64,000 bases of DNA from Balanoglossus misakiensis (taxonomy: Eukaryota > Animalia > Hemichordata): the NCBI GenBank assembly GCA_040954595.2, contig CM082576.2:17903028-17967027 (forward strand), read 5' to 3'. Position numbers and translations under genes: made by a program. Of the stretch, positions 26,866 through 39,901 are shown piece by piece. Position 1 is the first letter of the stretch, and each line of letters begins with the position of its first letter. The notes under the pieces were generated by a model. That model ran no database searches. It worked only from the letters and a program-made list of their open reading frames with translations, and was not told the DNA's origin.

Positions 26866-26908
26866 ATACGAGAAACTAGATGCTGGTTTGCAGGATGGAG
26901 AACATTGA
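26866..26908 (+). CDS. Host gene terminal coding exon (RYEKLDAGLQDGEH-stop)
   Basis: Strong acceptor TTTTCTTTTTTCAG|; phase 2 continues the exon ending at 17125; TGA at 26906-26908. Confidence 0.7.
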
Positions 26909-27583
26909 TCCGTATGCCACCTGGCAGATTGAAGTCCGACTACCAATAGTACCATGCAGAAACTAGATGCTGGTTTGCAGGATGGAGAACATTGATCCGT
27001 ATGCCACCTGGCAGATTGAAGTCCGACTACCAATAGTACCATGCAGAAACTAGATGCTGGTTTGCAGGATGGAGAACATTGATCCGTATGCCACCTGGCA
27101 GATTCAAGTCCGACTACCAATAGTACCATGCAGAAACTAGATGCTGGTTTGCAGGATGGAGAACATTGATCCGTATGCCACCTGGCAGATTGAAGTCCTA
27201 CTACCAATAGTACCATGCAGAAACTAGATGCTGGTTTGCAGGATGGAGAACATTGATCCGTATGCCACCTGGCAGATTGAAGTCCTACTACCAATAGTAC
27301 CATGCAGAAACTAGATGCTGGTTTGCAGGATGGAGAACATTGATCTGTGTGCCACCTGGCAGATTGAAGTCCTACTACCAATAGTACCATGCAGAAACTA
27401 GATGCTGGTTTGCAGGATGGAGAACACTGATCTGTGTGCCAACTGGCAGATTGAAGTCCGACTACCAATAGTACCATGCAGAAACTAGATGCTGTGTTGA
27501 AAGATGGCGGAGATTGATCTGTATGCCACCATAGCAGAGGAATGCTGCAAGATGATTTGGACCAGAAGTCCAACTACCATGCA
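26871..27583. repeat. 87-bp tandem array, ~8 copies, overlapping the stop codon and 3' UTR
   Basis: AGAAACTAGATGCTG recurs at 26871, 26958, 27045, 27132, 27219, 27306, 27393 and 27480. Confidence 0.97.
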
Positions 27584-27898
27584 GTCTCCATGATGACTCA
27601 TCTGTCAACAGAGGTCCGTAGACGCATGGACTCCCAGCTTGCAGTGCTTACGGTAGTTTTGGGGGCATCCCTGCCATGCATTTTTATATATTTGTGTAAA
27701 TTTAGTTAATTTTGGTGTACACATCTGTATTTGGACGGTTTATTTATATAGGTATATTAAGTTATTTTGTTAGTTGTTACTTGTAGTTATAGTTAGTTAT
27801 AATATAGTATAGTTATAGGGTATTTATGTTTGTTTGTTTGTTTGTGTGTGTGGTGTAAGTGTGTGTGTCATTCAAAGTGTAGGGTACCTGTTTATTAT

Positions 27899-28070
27899 AC
27901 CACGGTCACACTGGTAAAAATTTGAAACGTTTCGGAGACACTATTTGCCTTTTGTAAACACAGAGAATTAATCCTTTGAGTCGCTTGTGTCCACACACAC
28001 AAAGTTTATGTATAGGCGCTGAGGCTCGGCCCCATAGACAATGAGTTGCAGAGAGGTGTTAATTCTTACA
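27899..28070. repeat. Dispersed repeat, second copy at ~47368-47540
   Basis: Shared ATTAATCCTTTGA...TTTATGTATAGGC...GGCCCCATAGACAATG. Confidence 0.75.
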
Positions 28071-28099
28071 TTGATTTGTTTCGCAGTATAATCTAATGT

Positions 28100-28470
28100 G
28101 GCTATTGGTCCATATTGGATGGTATTGTGACGTGTTGTTTGCAGTGAGGTTTGATACAGCTCCCAGCAGACACCACTTTGTGTGAATTTCTTCATGTCAT
28201 CGCCAATTTGTCACTTTTGTGGGTTATTTGTTTGGTGTTATGATTTCGCCCCTTTAACTGTCGATCCAGTAGAGACAGTGTCATTAACAATGGATTGCCA
28301 TGCATAACTTGACGAGGAGAGTCCATGGAAAGTCAGTTTTATTCAAGAACTAGATTAGTTGGGGCCTTGGAAGACTACATCATAGAATTTGTAATGATAA
28401 CCGTTGACCCTTTGATACAAGGTGTCTGTAATGAATTTGGAGTCGCTTTGAGATAAAAATTCAGAAAATG
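28100..28470. repeat. Old dispersed repeat, inverted copy at ~40420-40840
   Basis: CATATTGGATGGTATTGTGA...AGCTCCCAGCAG...CACTTTG.GTGAATTTCT matches the reverse complement of 40755-40840. Confidence 0.65.
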
Positions 28471-30399
28471 TGGACCATGACATAAAATGATTGGAAGTCT
28501 TCTTTCACGTTCAAAAAACATGTGCTAATTATAAAACATACGTAAGAGAGTATGTTGAACAACATCTTTGGAAAACATATAAACAGAGTATACTGCTTTG
28601 TATTGCCTTGTTAGCCTTTGTGTAAATTACAGGCTCTTGCTTCTAATACTTGTGTCAAACTTTTTGCTTCACCCACACCCATAGTAGGTGTATGGTTTGG
28701 GTGCTACTTCTACTTTCATACTCCTATGGCCCATGTGTGTCCTGACTTCAATATTGCAGAATCTTGTATTAGAAATGCAGCTTTATGAGGCATGGAGCCA
28801 CCGGCCCAGCTGTAGTATTTGCAACCTTGTCCACTTAGCATTGGTTCGTATTTACATATTATAACTGCTGTCTTGAAATCTAGCAGTATCACTTGAGGGA
28901 GGTTAGTAGCATTGTGCTGAGAACACTTGTTCAGTAACTCTTGGAGTCTATATAGTGAATTATTTTGCTCCTATAGTGGAATATTTCAGCAGATTTCCAA
29001 CTCCAACAGACAAAAAGGGTATTAAGTCCATCACTGATTTTACCGAATATGGAAGTGAATGGCTGACGATCTGTAACAGACATGCTCTATCACACTGCTG
29101 ACTTCTGCACCAGGGCTTCTGGGATACAGCTATGTCACATATATACCCCTATTCATCGGAGGCAAGTGTCTAGCATGCCATTTGAGGATGCAGCAATCAT
29201 GGATCACCACAGGGTCCCACCTTGGAGGACAGTTCAACTTGGCATTCAGCTCACAAGGCAGAAATTATAGCAAATGGGTTTCCCATTGGCTGCCCATATG
29301 CGATGTCACTTTAATTTTTAGCAGTTGTCAGAATTCCTTCTTCCTCGCCGCCAGTGGCATACTATTTTTTCCACATTACGAAACTATCATTTTATAGGTT
29401 ACCGGTATACATGTACATGTGCGTGTACATATGATATTATCGAGGTGCAGGCAACACCTGTGGGGTATACGTCCACCTGTGATCACTAAGATACATCTTT
29501 CAGCTAGTATACAGCCTCTGATCATAGTGATCATCTTCCTTGTGTCTTTACTAATGAAACACACCATTTACCGGTGTTGTCATTGATATCTCTGATATTG
29601 TCAGCTCTGTCAAGTTGTGGGCAGCTTCATCTTTCTGAGACCTCTGGTCATCTGAACTTGATGACAACTTTTTGACCTAAATCCGTAAGTTTCAATGGGA
29701 TCTTATGGATATTGCTCAGGCCAAATCACTCAAGTGTAAAACAATTTCCATCAAAGACGTTACACATTGGGGACAGGCCTCAAAATACAGTGAAATGTAT
29801 GGTGACAATCACCTGACAACCTTCGTGCTTCACTACAAGTCTTGATTTGCATCAGACCATTTTTTCTGCATGTCTGGCAGTCCAGTGTCGTGGGAATTAA
29901 CCCCTGCACATGAAACTGAGCTTCATGCAGTTCTGTCTTTTACTATATCACCAGAAAGCACATAGCCTTATCCATTCAAGTAGTGTTAGTAGACAAGAAC
30001 AGCCAATACCACATCAACCGACCAGGCACGAGCTCTGTTTAATTATTCTCTCAAATCCTTTTATTACTCATGTACTCACTGGATCCTGTTCCCTCAGCCA
30101 ATCCATTCGCAATTTGCAATCTACATATGTATTAGTTTTCTTTTCTCTTTACTATTGTCTATGGTTCTTGGTCTGTGTTGAGATGGTTTTAACAGCTGTG
30201 ACTTATCTCTATTGGCTGAGGCCCGTCTGGCTGATTGGCATTTTCATGATACACACAATTTGAAATAATGTCAAGGGAGCCAAGAAAAATACTTTGCCAG
30301 GAGGATGGGTCAGGTCAGAACACTCTATTCCGCAAAACTACTTTGAGCTAGACGTTCAACTCATGCTTTCAACCCTATGTTATCTTATAGCAGGCTCCC

Positions 30400-31355
30400 A
30401 GATCCACTTGTTTCTCACCATGTGATGAATATTTGTCCAGCCATGAATCATTGCTCATCAGGAATTATGAATAGTCAGGCCATTATAGCAAGAGTGCATT
30501 GAAGAGTGCATTGTACTTCACCAAGGCATATACTGGAGATCATGCCAGCTGAGGTGGATGGTATATATCTCACCAGGAGACCAATTTGCTTTATGCAGTT
30601 TGTTAAGCTCAGATCTTTGTTCTTCTTAATCACAAAGCCCTCCTAAGTTGGGACTACTGGATGCAGGCTATTACTAAGTATGATACTGATGTCCACATCT
30701 ACATGCAGTGTTTGTGTGGTGAGTACCTTAATTTGTACAGTACAGCAGTGGATCTTGGAGCACCTATGAGGAACATAAGCTCAATACCCTTTCACATGTT
30801 CTGCCTGTGACGTATCCTGGATGTGAAATATCAAGACAAAGTTAATAACACCACTGTCCTGAAGAGAGTTGGAATTTCTAGCATGTACCTGGTACAGTCT
30901 GCTGAAGCAGAGACACAATACACTGGCTTGGCAATGTGCTCATAGATGATGGGTGGATCCTAAAAGACCTCCTGTACTGCGCAAACTGACACTTAATGGC
31001 AAACAGACCTGACATTACACCACAGGGATGTTTGCAAAAGAGACACGAAGTCCCTGGACATCAACACAAACTCTTGGGAGTCTAAAAATTAGCCTCAGAC
31101 CGAATGACCTGAAGACAAGTCTTGAAGTGGTTGGCAACGGCTCTCCAACTTTGAAGAGACACTCGCCAAAACGTGCGGAGTCAAGAGACAGAGAAGGAAG
31201 TTATCAAGCCAGGCAAACAGCTCCTCCTATTTAAAGTATCAGAGAGACAGTCATTCTCACATTGGATTGACTAGTCACACCTGAGGCTGTTCCAGACCTA
31301 GACCAGCATCCCAGCATGAAGATCCAATTGATCTCTCAAGACTGAAGGATGCCAA
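30400..31355 (+). mobile_element. Decayed 3' part of an RTE-clade LINE
   Basis: Broken frames give FHMFCL*RILDVKYQDKVNNTTVLKRVGISSM, HWLGNV, KDLLY, RDVCKRDTKSLDINTNSWE and HSHIGLTSH; RTE-like 3' end TCTCAAGACTGAAGGATGCC. Confidence 0.8.
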
Positions 31356-32009
31356 CTGAACGCACCTCATCCGTACTGCCTCCACATTGTAGTACTGTTT
31401 CATCTAGTGGAACACACACTGAAGGGAATGTATTGAGCACTTCACCAGCTGTCCCATACATCTTCATTATGAAGATGATTTCTTTACTTCTGTCTCACTT
31501 TAGAGAGGGGAAATTTACACAAAGGCTATTATTAGGGACAACTGAAGTATACTGTTTTTAGGATAAAACTTTTCCATGAATGTGAGTGATGGTTTTCAAA
31601 AGTCACACATCCTATGAATGAAGGCGTTATAACCCACCTCATCTGACTTTGAAACAGACACAAAAGAAATGTTTACAACAACATCAAGAATAATATGTAC
31701 AGACATGTACATGTATCAGACCCACCAATAAGTATTTACGCACCCACGTTCTGCAGTGAAAACATTTCAGAAACATGAAATAACACACCTTGCAGACAGT
31801 TTTTAGCAAAAATTCAAATATATTTCATAAATTCACGAGAAATAACAGTCATACAACAAAAATCTTTCATCTGCGATTAAATTTGAGCGAGAAATATCGA
31901 CGTAAAAATAGATGTGCGACGGAGTCAGCGAAACATTCCATTCTCTATGGGAACAACAATGCAAAGAACGTCATGAATATTCATGAGGTGAAATCGAACG
32001 AACCAAATG

Positions 32010-32805
32010 TCAATAATGGGTATGTCCACCCCTTCGCCTAATGACCTCTCGCTGGTGCTTCGGCATAGTATCGACGAGTTTCCGACACATATTTTGCAGG
32101 AATTGTTCCCAAGATGTTACTATGCGATTAAATAGGTCGTTGATGCTGTGTATTGGACGGGAATGAACGTCCAAGTCGATTAACTCCCACAGGTTCGCGA
32201 TGGGGCTCAAATCAGGAGACTAGGCTGGTCACTCCAACGTTGTAAAATTGTCGAACGGATAGCCGTAATCCTGGGGATTTTGCAGAAATGATTTCACATC
32301 CAAGGCAGTATGTTCGGGGGGACTAATCTTGTTGGAACACAAAATCACAAACAACCTGGGACCACTGAACAGGTGTCCAGTTGACGTAACGCGGGGCAAA
32401 ACGTAGTCACGCTGCATTGTGCCGGGGTTGTAATTTCGGCTTTTTCTTGGCCACACATCCATGGAGTCTGACTCTTCTATACAATCGAGATTTGATTGTG
32501 CTCATACTCAAAAGTTTCCCGGTATCCTCATGAAATTTAGCGCGGAGGTCACGGGCCGTCTTGAATCTGTCCGTCAGACTTGATCTAATCAACATTCAGT
32601 CTTCCCGTTCAGTTGTTCGCCTTGGCCGTCCAGATCGGTGTAAATTGTCCGTGCTACCATTTCGAACAAGTTTCCGAATATTGTACCTGACGCTGCCTTC
32701 GGTGATTCCAAACTTCCTTGCAATTTCTCGGTTTCTCAAACCTTGCCTATGCAGTGACTCAATTTGACCTTTCACAAATTCAGGAAGTTCGCGAACTTTA
32801 AGCAT
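32010..32805 (-). pseudogene. Tc1 transposase pseudogene
   Basis: HTH N-terminus, RSGRPRRTT, AKKKPKL, SPDLSPIANLW and C-terminal GGHTHY; premature stops, and most of the DDE core is deleted. Confidence 0.93.
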
Positions 32806-33121
32806 GATTTCACTTATTCAATGTTTACAAACAAAAATTATGCAGCAACCTCCGACGACCTCGATCAGAATATTCATAAGCAAATCTGGCAGATTTTCCC
32901 GCTCCAAAATTTAATCAGAATTATATTTAAAAGGTCCGATTGGTGGAGATTAAAATATGAATAGAGGGAAATTAGCCGCGGACACAATGGCTCGAAAAGT
33001 TAATGAAAATGAGTATACCGCCATTGCAATAATCATAGGAAATTTCACTGGCCGAAAAACACGCCGCGTATGCAGTCATATTCGGCGCGGCAACACATCT
33101 GTGTTGACTAAAATGGGTTAA

Positions 33122-33860
33122 GGTGGCATTGCATATCATGAAAACTTGTGATTTTTGCCAAATTTTACTTTTTTATATAAATCGGTAGGCCTAATACTGA
33201 CCCACATCCTGACTAATACGTCTTGGCGGAAATGGTGCATAATCACCCCAAAATAGCACTTTTCTGAATGAGTTCACAGCTTAACAAATAGGTGTCAACA
33301 ATGCAAATGGCCATTTTCTCAGTTTGCATTTTCGCTGCTCTTGACAACTTCAGACGAAAATAGCTTCGCTCTGCGTTGGCCGAATTTGCTCAAATTTTAA
33401 CTGGGGATTGTGTATGACCCATCCAACAAAACGGTATTTTTGTTAGTCGATAAAGTGTCCCTGGCGGGAATAAACTCTGATTCAATTAAACTCACCGTGA
33501 ATTTGATCAAATTTTACTAAAAATCTAACTTTCAAACGCTGTTACTCCTCAATGGAAGCAGATAACGCAAAACAAAATTACCGTTTTTTTCACGTGTACT
33601 CTAGTTTCGAATGACATATTAAGATGCATGATGCATGGTCAACTTTTTTACCTAATTTAAATTTAATGACATAATATCAAAAAATGTTTTTTTTTTCACC
33701 CAAAATCGCCACCATTTCCGGGGATCAATAATATTTGCAACTCAAACAAAAGTTCAAAAACTCAGCTTCCAGAATATATATGGTTTATGGGGGTTTTAAC
33801 GTAGTCTTTGATGAGAAATAGGCCTCTGAAAAAGTCTCGACGGTTTCATGCAATGCCACC
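33122..33860. mobile_element. Kolobok-like MITE nested in the Tc1 element
   Basis: TTAA|GGTGGCATTGCAT ... ATGCAATGCCACC|TTAA. Confidence 0.88.
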
Positions 33861-35496
33861 TTAAACCTTCCGTAGGTTATTTATTTTCGGAAATAAGTTA
33901 CAGTCGATCGATTTTGTGAATAATTTTTTATAGCAAACGTTCATGGTCAAGGTGCGTAAATACTTATTGGCGGGTCTGTATATATAAAGCCTCTCTAAAG
34001 CCAGTGAATGAGACCTGGTATACTTAACAAATGAAAAATAACAGCATCTGGCAGTCATGCACACATGTTCACTTTTGTCATATAATGTAAAGCCAAACAT
34101 AATTTCGCAAACAATTTTGCACTAGAGATTGTAGCATCCTGCAATGTGTTGCAAGTAAATTCGCTGAAAATATAATGTAATAGCTAGACACTCATAAAAT
34201 GAAATCGTACGCTTTGTATGGAATGTTACGTTTGTCACAGACTACATGCATCGTCATGGTGACTGAAATTTAACAGCCCATGCATCCATTTTTGCTGTTT
34301 ATTAAAAAAAAAATTGTGCATTTATCAGAGATTGCGTTTACGCAAAAATTATGTATTTTTGACGCCAAAATACTCATTTGACGTGAAAATCTTAATAAGT
34401 GCATCAATATTGACACATAGGAATGGCCTCTCTATTTGCACAATGGTCAACATTAAACCATACGCATACGGCTCACTACCCCTGGGATCAAAATAATCAC
34501 TTGCGTGCCCGACCTTTTGTACTCAAAATGTAGCTAATTTTGTTTGATGAATTTTGAATTAGACATGTGTACGACGCAGGCTAAGTAAAAGGAGTTTGAC
34601 ACATTTTTTTATGAATGCATCAAAAATACGCACTCAAAAAAAATGTTATCGCGACCTCTGTTTATTATCAAATACATTCAAATCTACATATTAGTGGTGT
34701 TACATATCTTCAACCTCGATTAAAAATATTTGTAAAAGTACAAAGGCAAATATGGAGCATAATGATAATCACCAAAATTCAGCTAGACAGATAAAAATAC
34801 AAATTGTTATTTCATCAGGTAAAATTCCTCAAATTTACAAGCAAATTGGTATATTATCAGTGTTTCAGCCAGCTTTTGAAAGCACACAGTACTAGAAATA
34901 TCTCATGATTCATTCTGATTTGTACCAACAGATAATCCTCAGTCAAACCAGGCATAGTTCACATGTGAACAGAGAATTGTAGATCACTAATACCAAGTTC
35001 GAGATCGTACTTTTAAGGCAAATCTTACTGTGAATAACCATTTCAAATTATTTTTAAAATTATGCATTATTGATAGAGGAGATACTAATTTTATAAAGTA
35101 ATCAAGCAATTGCATAGCCAGCTATACAAAGAAGTTTGAAGTAAAACAGGGACACTTGAAATACCTGTTTTATCAAACAAAAAATTATTTTTCTATGAAC
35201 AGAACAAAGGAAATTTACATGTTAACTTTCAACAGAGACTGGCCACCTCAGTTAGTCATTGCTTGTTTCCCCTTAAGTGTGACATTTGCAGTACATGAAT
35301 ATCTAGACTATGGCTTCTAATTTTGATTTTGAAATTTTCACTCTTATTGCTTAACATACTTTTCCTAGATAAAAATAAATATATTTATATGTACTTCATA
35401 TCATTGTTAGCATGTAAAAAAGAAAAAGTTATTAAATTGGCAACGTTCAATGATACAAATCATGGAGAATTGTGGGTAAAATATTGTACTGTGAAG

Positions 35497-35648
35497 CATG
35501 GGAACATTGTGACCCGCAGCAGGTTATAAAGGGGGACAAATCATATTTTCGGGGGACAATATATCAGGACAGGGTTCTCCCTGGGAATAATCATAGATTC
35601 AGGGCTAATTTCCATAAAATTTACATAATCATAGCTTCTTTTGGACAT
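35497..35648. repeat. Repeat with inverted copy at ~39975-40127
   Basis: CATGGGAACATTGTGACCCGCAGCAGGTTA...CATAATCATAGCTTCTTTTGGACA present on both strands (also mirrored in ORF-track peptides AWEHCDPQQV...). Confidence 0.9.
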
Positions 35649-36540
35649 CACTAAGGCCCCTCAACATCGATATAAAATATTTAATATTATAGCTTTATCA
35701 AGTGAATTTTGTGACGTCATAGCTGTCAATTATTACAGATAATGTATCGTGTTATGACGTGGACGCGCGACGCACTCAAGAACCAGCCAGACGTGGACAA
35801 TTTCTGAATGAATAACAGAGGTTTTCAAACAATGCGAACATATTAAGGGCTAAAAAAGAAATGCAAACATACACAGAATAAATACAATGTACTGCGATAT
35901 TTATTAATTTTAAATCTGACCTTGACTAGCGATTTGTTTATTTTTATCTTCCTAATGCGGCTCTACATGTCATCTGCTCTTGAATCACGCGCAGTTTTAA
36001 ACATGGCTCGGTCCCACACGTAAAGCAAAACTCTCAATGATACTGGATTTGACATTCGTTCACCATACATACCGTGTACCATGTACCAAGCAGTCATGTC
36101 AGCGAAGTTATACGTAAAAAGTTATGCCGCAATTGTCACTGTTATGTTGTCTATGCGGTATGGAGGGTCGATCGAGGGCGAGTTTGTTTATGTAATGCAA
36201 CTTTTCGAGCGCTCGTATACGTGAACTTTCCTGAGAACGCCAATGAATGCAAATATTGCCTGAGTCCTCACCAACATTTCACAAAAATCAAAACTTTTTC
36301 TAATATATTTCAGCAGAACCCTTAAATGAATTTTCGCATGCGTTAATAAACCTTCATTATTTATTTCCTGATGTTTGAATATGATACTAGAAATGTACGG
36401 TACATGGATTGACTGCAATCAGCTGATCTTATGTTTACGCCATTCCTCTGTTTTCGATATCTGTGACTGAGTCTGAGTTTTTCTGTGATTTTTTTTTTTT
36501 TGGGGGGGGGGGGAAAGATCAACATTCAGGATTAGATTAA

Positions 36541-36860
36541 AGGTACATGAGCTGCAACTGGATAAAAATTTTAAGTTTTAAATAATCCCATATATCCTTT
36601 GAATTATGTCTATTAAATGATATTTCTTAATAGTATATCAAGATCACTTATTTATGACAAAATGGCCAAAAGTTAAAGAAAAACGAAAATTCCTGCAATA
36701 TTGCAATAAAAAATGAAAATGTAATGTCCCAGCGGAGTACATTTACTTCCATAATTGTAGTGGATGAGATCATGCTTTGTTTATGAAATTTTATAGTGGG
36801 AAATGCAACGTTTTCCTTGTTTCTAGCATTTTTTCACGGTGGCGGCCATATTCATTTGCA
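36541..36860. mobile_element. Partial Kolobok-like copy, same family as 17412-20368
   Basis: TTAA|AGGTACATGAGCTGCAACT start; colinear with the reverse complement of 18740-18893 plus 20170-20368. Confidence 0.75.
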
Positions 36861-36865
36861 GTTTA

Positions 36866-38404
36866 CTGGTCCTGGGCCGCTGTTAATTTTATAAGCCTGT
36901 GCAGACGCGCAGACACATGGCATGACCTCCAACAAAAGTTGCTTCATCTTTTGTCATGTTTAGCTGAGTTGTTACAATGCGCGCCCGCGCTCAGAGTGTT
37001 GCTTGTGTTACAAGGCTATTGATGCTACTTATAGGACGCCTGTCTAAAGAAAATTTGTGCACTGAATGAAATGGCAGCGCACTGCTCTTGACAGCGTGCA
37101 CAGCTGCGTTGCTTCTAGGGTGATTCAAGCCGTGGACGGTGTGAAATCACTCAGTTGTGTTCACTAAATTATCAAAAATTGAAAGGGAGTAGTAAGTTAC
37201 AGTGAAAGCAAAGGTGGATGCAGAGCAAAAGTATGGGAGGTGACAATCTGTCATATTGTTGTTCACTCAGTAAGAATGTGTCACAGTGACCCATGAAGAT
37301 TTATTTTGTTGTGACAATCCAATATTTATTGCATCAAATGTCGCAAGGCCGCACGCAAGCTGAAACACTGTATATTGTTTTATTTCTGTAATTTGTGATT
37401 TTAGATAGTATTAGTGTTTAAAACACAGAGAGAGCACCTATTTAGGATTCTTAGCCACCCATTTGTTTTTCCAACTGATTATCTGAAATTTTACAAAGCA
37501 AAGCGGATAGTTCTGATAGACAGACAAAAACTACTTGTATGATAAAATTATACTGTTACCAAGTGAAGGAATGTCTTGCTTGTGTCTAGAAATCACAAAT
37601 TATCACAGTCTACTGGTTAGGACCTTGCAGGCCTACAGATATTCGGATGACTGCTTTCAGGACAGTTACACTTGAACATTGCAGCCTTCTACTGCAATTG
37701 CACCTTAATCTTTAACCCCAATCTAACCACTAACATTAACCTCTAACCTCTAACCACTAACCTAAATAGCAGGCAGGAATGTCCACGTTTTCTGTCCTTG
37801 AAGTTGATACCCTCTGAATATTTGGCAAAAGTCAGATTGTCTTGACACTTAAACAAAAGTGCCAATGTTGTATGACTGCCTACCAAATATGCTCTCTCTT
37901 TCAGTGTTTCAGCTAGCGTGCGGCCTTGTGACATTTGACGCAATAAATGTTGGATTGTCGCAACGGAATAATCTTCATGGGTCACTGTGATGCATTCTTC
38001 CTGAGTGAGCAACAATGTGACTGATTGTCACCCCTATACTTTTGCTTTGCGTCTAACTTTGCTTTCACTGTAACTTACTACTCCCTTTCAATTTTTGATA
38101 ATTTAGTGAACACAACTGAGTGATTTCACACCTTCCACGGCTTGAATCACCCAAGAAGCATTGCAGCTCTGCACGCTGTCAAGAGCAGTGTGCTGCCATT
38201 TTATTCAGTGAACAAGTTATCTTTAGACAGGCGTCCTATAAATAGCATCAATAGCCTAGTAACACAAGGAATGCACTGAGCTCGTGCGAGCATTGTAACA
38301 ACTCAGCTAAACATGACAAAAGATGAAGCAACTTTTGTTGGAGGTCATGTCATGTGTCTGCGCGTCTGCACAGGCTTATAAAATTAACAGCGGCCTAGGG
38401 CCGG
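36866..38404. mobile_element. Long-TIR non-autonomous element (~500-bp arms), TA-flanked
   Basis: 36866-37370 is an inverted copy of 37902-38404; ends TA|CTGGTCCTGGGCCGCTG ... CAGCGGCCTAGGGCCGG|TA. Confidence 0.85.
37639..37821. repeat. Small insert with degenerate (CTAACC)n telomere-like tract
   Basis: CTAACC-like units at 37712-37765; short inverted ends ATATTCGGA / TCTGAATAT. Confidence 0.5.
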
Positions 38405-39330
38405 TAATAATTGCGAAGGGAAGATAAATTTCATTGCCACCTGCCCTGATTTATGCCTACTTGATAAGGTAAACTTTTAATTACTTTGCACTATTTGATT
38501 TTGTTTAGAATAGGGTGGGGTATGATTGCAAAAAAATTATTATCAAAGTAATTAATCTGATCCTGAATGTTGATCTTTCCCCCCCCAAAAAAAACACAAC
38601 AACAATACACAATAGCATTTCTTCACCAATGGCAGTTATCATAATTAACACAAAATCTGAGATGTCTTGTCTTAGGATATGTTCAATTTCTAAAAATTAC
38701 ATAATGTACATTGTAGTAGGATGTAAAAGACAACCGGCACTGAAAACTTGTGAACTTGGCATGGACAGGCAGTGTTTCATCCAGGACACAGGTGAATTAG
38801 GCGTTCTGTTCGGGGAAACAAACAATCAAATAAATAAACAAACAAACAAACAAAAAAGAAACAACAACCACCATCATGATAAACAACGCAGTGTCTTGAA
38901 TTGAACCACCCATTCGCGCGATCGAGCAGCTGACACAAGAAGTGGCTTGTGTCAAAGGTCCCGTCCGTATGCCAGTAAATTGTCATATAGTGGGAAGGTG
39001 TCCAACTCCCACTTGAAAACTGCTCGACACTGTTGAATATTTGCAATTTTTTAGCCTCTAAATGTCTGACATCTATAAAATTTCTACCCCATTTTAAAAC
39101 ATCAATAAACAGGCTATCATATCAGCATCCATTTATCAGTCTCTTTTACTACTGGTTGTTGCTAGCGCGTAAAAAATATGACAACATCACAGTTTTTGAG
39201 GGGCATAGCAAGTTGTGGGAACATCAGGGTGTTTTATTGTAGCGGACTTCGTAACCCCAGGTCAATTTCAAATACTTTCACTAGTAATAGTATTTCACTA
39301 GGCCTACTTTACACTGGATATAAAAACGAC

Positions 39331-39901
39331 ATTATATTATATCATGCTACCGTCCGCAATTCTGATTGGACGAGAGCTCAATCCATCGATGCTAAAATAC
39401 TCAATAATGCACTGCTGGCAGTGCTAAAACAGGCCCCTGAACTAGCATACGGCAGCCAAAATGTGCGGTTAAACCACAGTCGCGCGTGTTTAAACCAAAT
39501 AAATAAAACAAAAATACTGTTGAATTAACGGACATTTTATTTTGGAACTGCTCTGTGGAAATATTTGTCACTTTGCCACGCGCGATGCCCGTCTTGTCAC
39601 TTTTTGTCGTCTGCTTCATGTTTAATGCTCGATCCGGCCGCTCGTGTTTACATTCATCGTCGCCATGTTGGTTCACGATCGTAATTTCTCTTTCTGACGC
39701 CGTTTCGGTAAGAAAATGACACTGATATGCCACAAAAACAATTGTTGATATAATATAATAGCAATAACCCCCACCTCAGTCGGGTATACACTCAATTTGG
39801 GTACAATTCGCTCTATATAGCACTCGCCTGACGGCTCGTGCTATATGTCTCGAATTGTACCCAAATCTCGTGTATACCCGCCTGCGGCGGGGGTTATTGC
39901 T
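39331..39901. mobile_element. Hairpin-ended element (142-bp palindrome at 39760-39901), tentatively Crypton-like
   Basis: GCAATAACCCC...GGGTATACA...GGGTACAATTCG mirrored around CACTCGCCTGACGGCTCGTG; segment 39341-39390 has an inverted copy at ~58848-58898. Confidence 0.6.

Larger units (their letters stand above)
31717..33978 (-). mobile_element. Tc1/mariner transposon (Tc1 family), decayed
   Basis: 28-bp TIRs CAGACCC(A/G)CCAATAAGTATTTACGCACC; TA on the right flank, TAT on the left; transposase remnant inside. Confidence 0.92.

Noticed and set aside
26827-27573. 248-aa minus-strand ORF
   Set aside because: Arises because the 87-bp unit is a multiple of 3 with no stop in that frame; antisense to a better-supported exon
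27588-27632. Possible SECIS (ATGA...AA...GA)
   Set aside because: The stem between the putative quartet and apical AA pairs poorly by eye
37712-37765. Interstitial telomere
   Set aside because: Short, degenerate and embedded in a small repeat element
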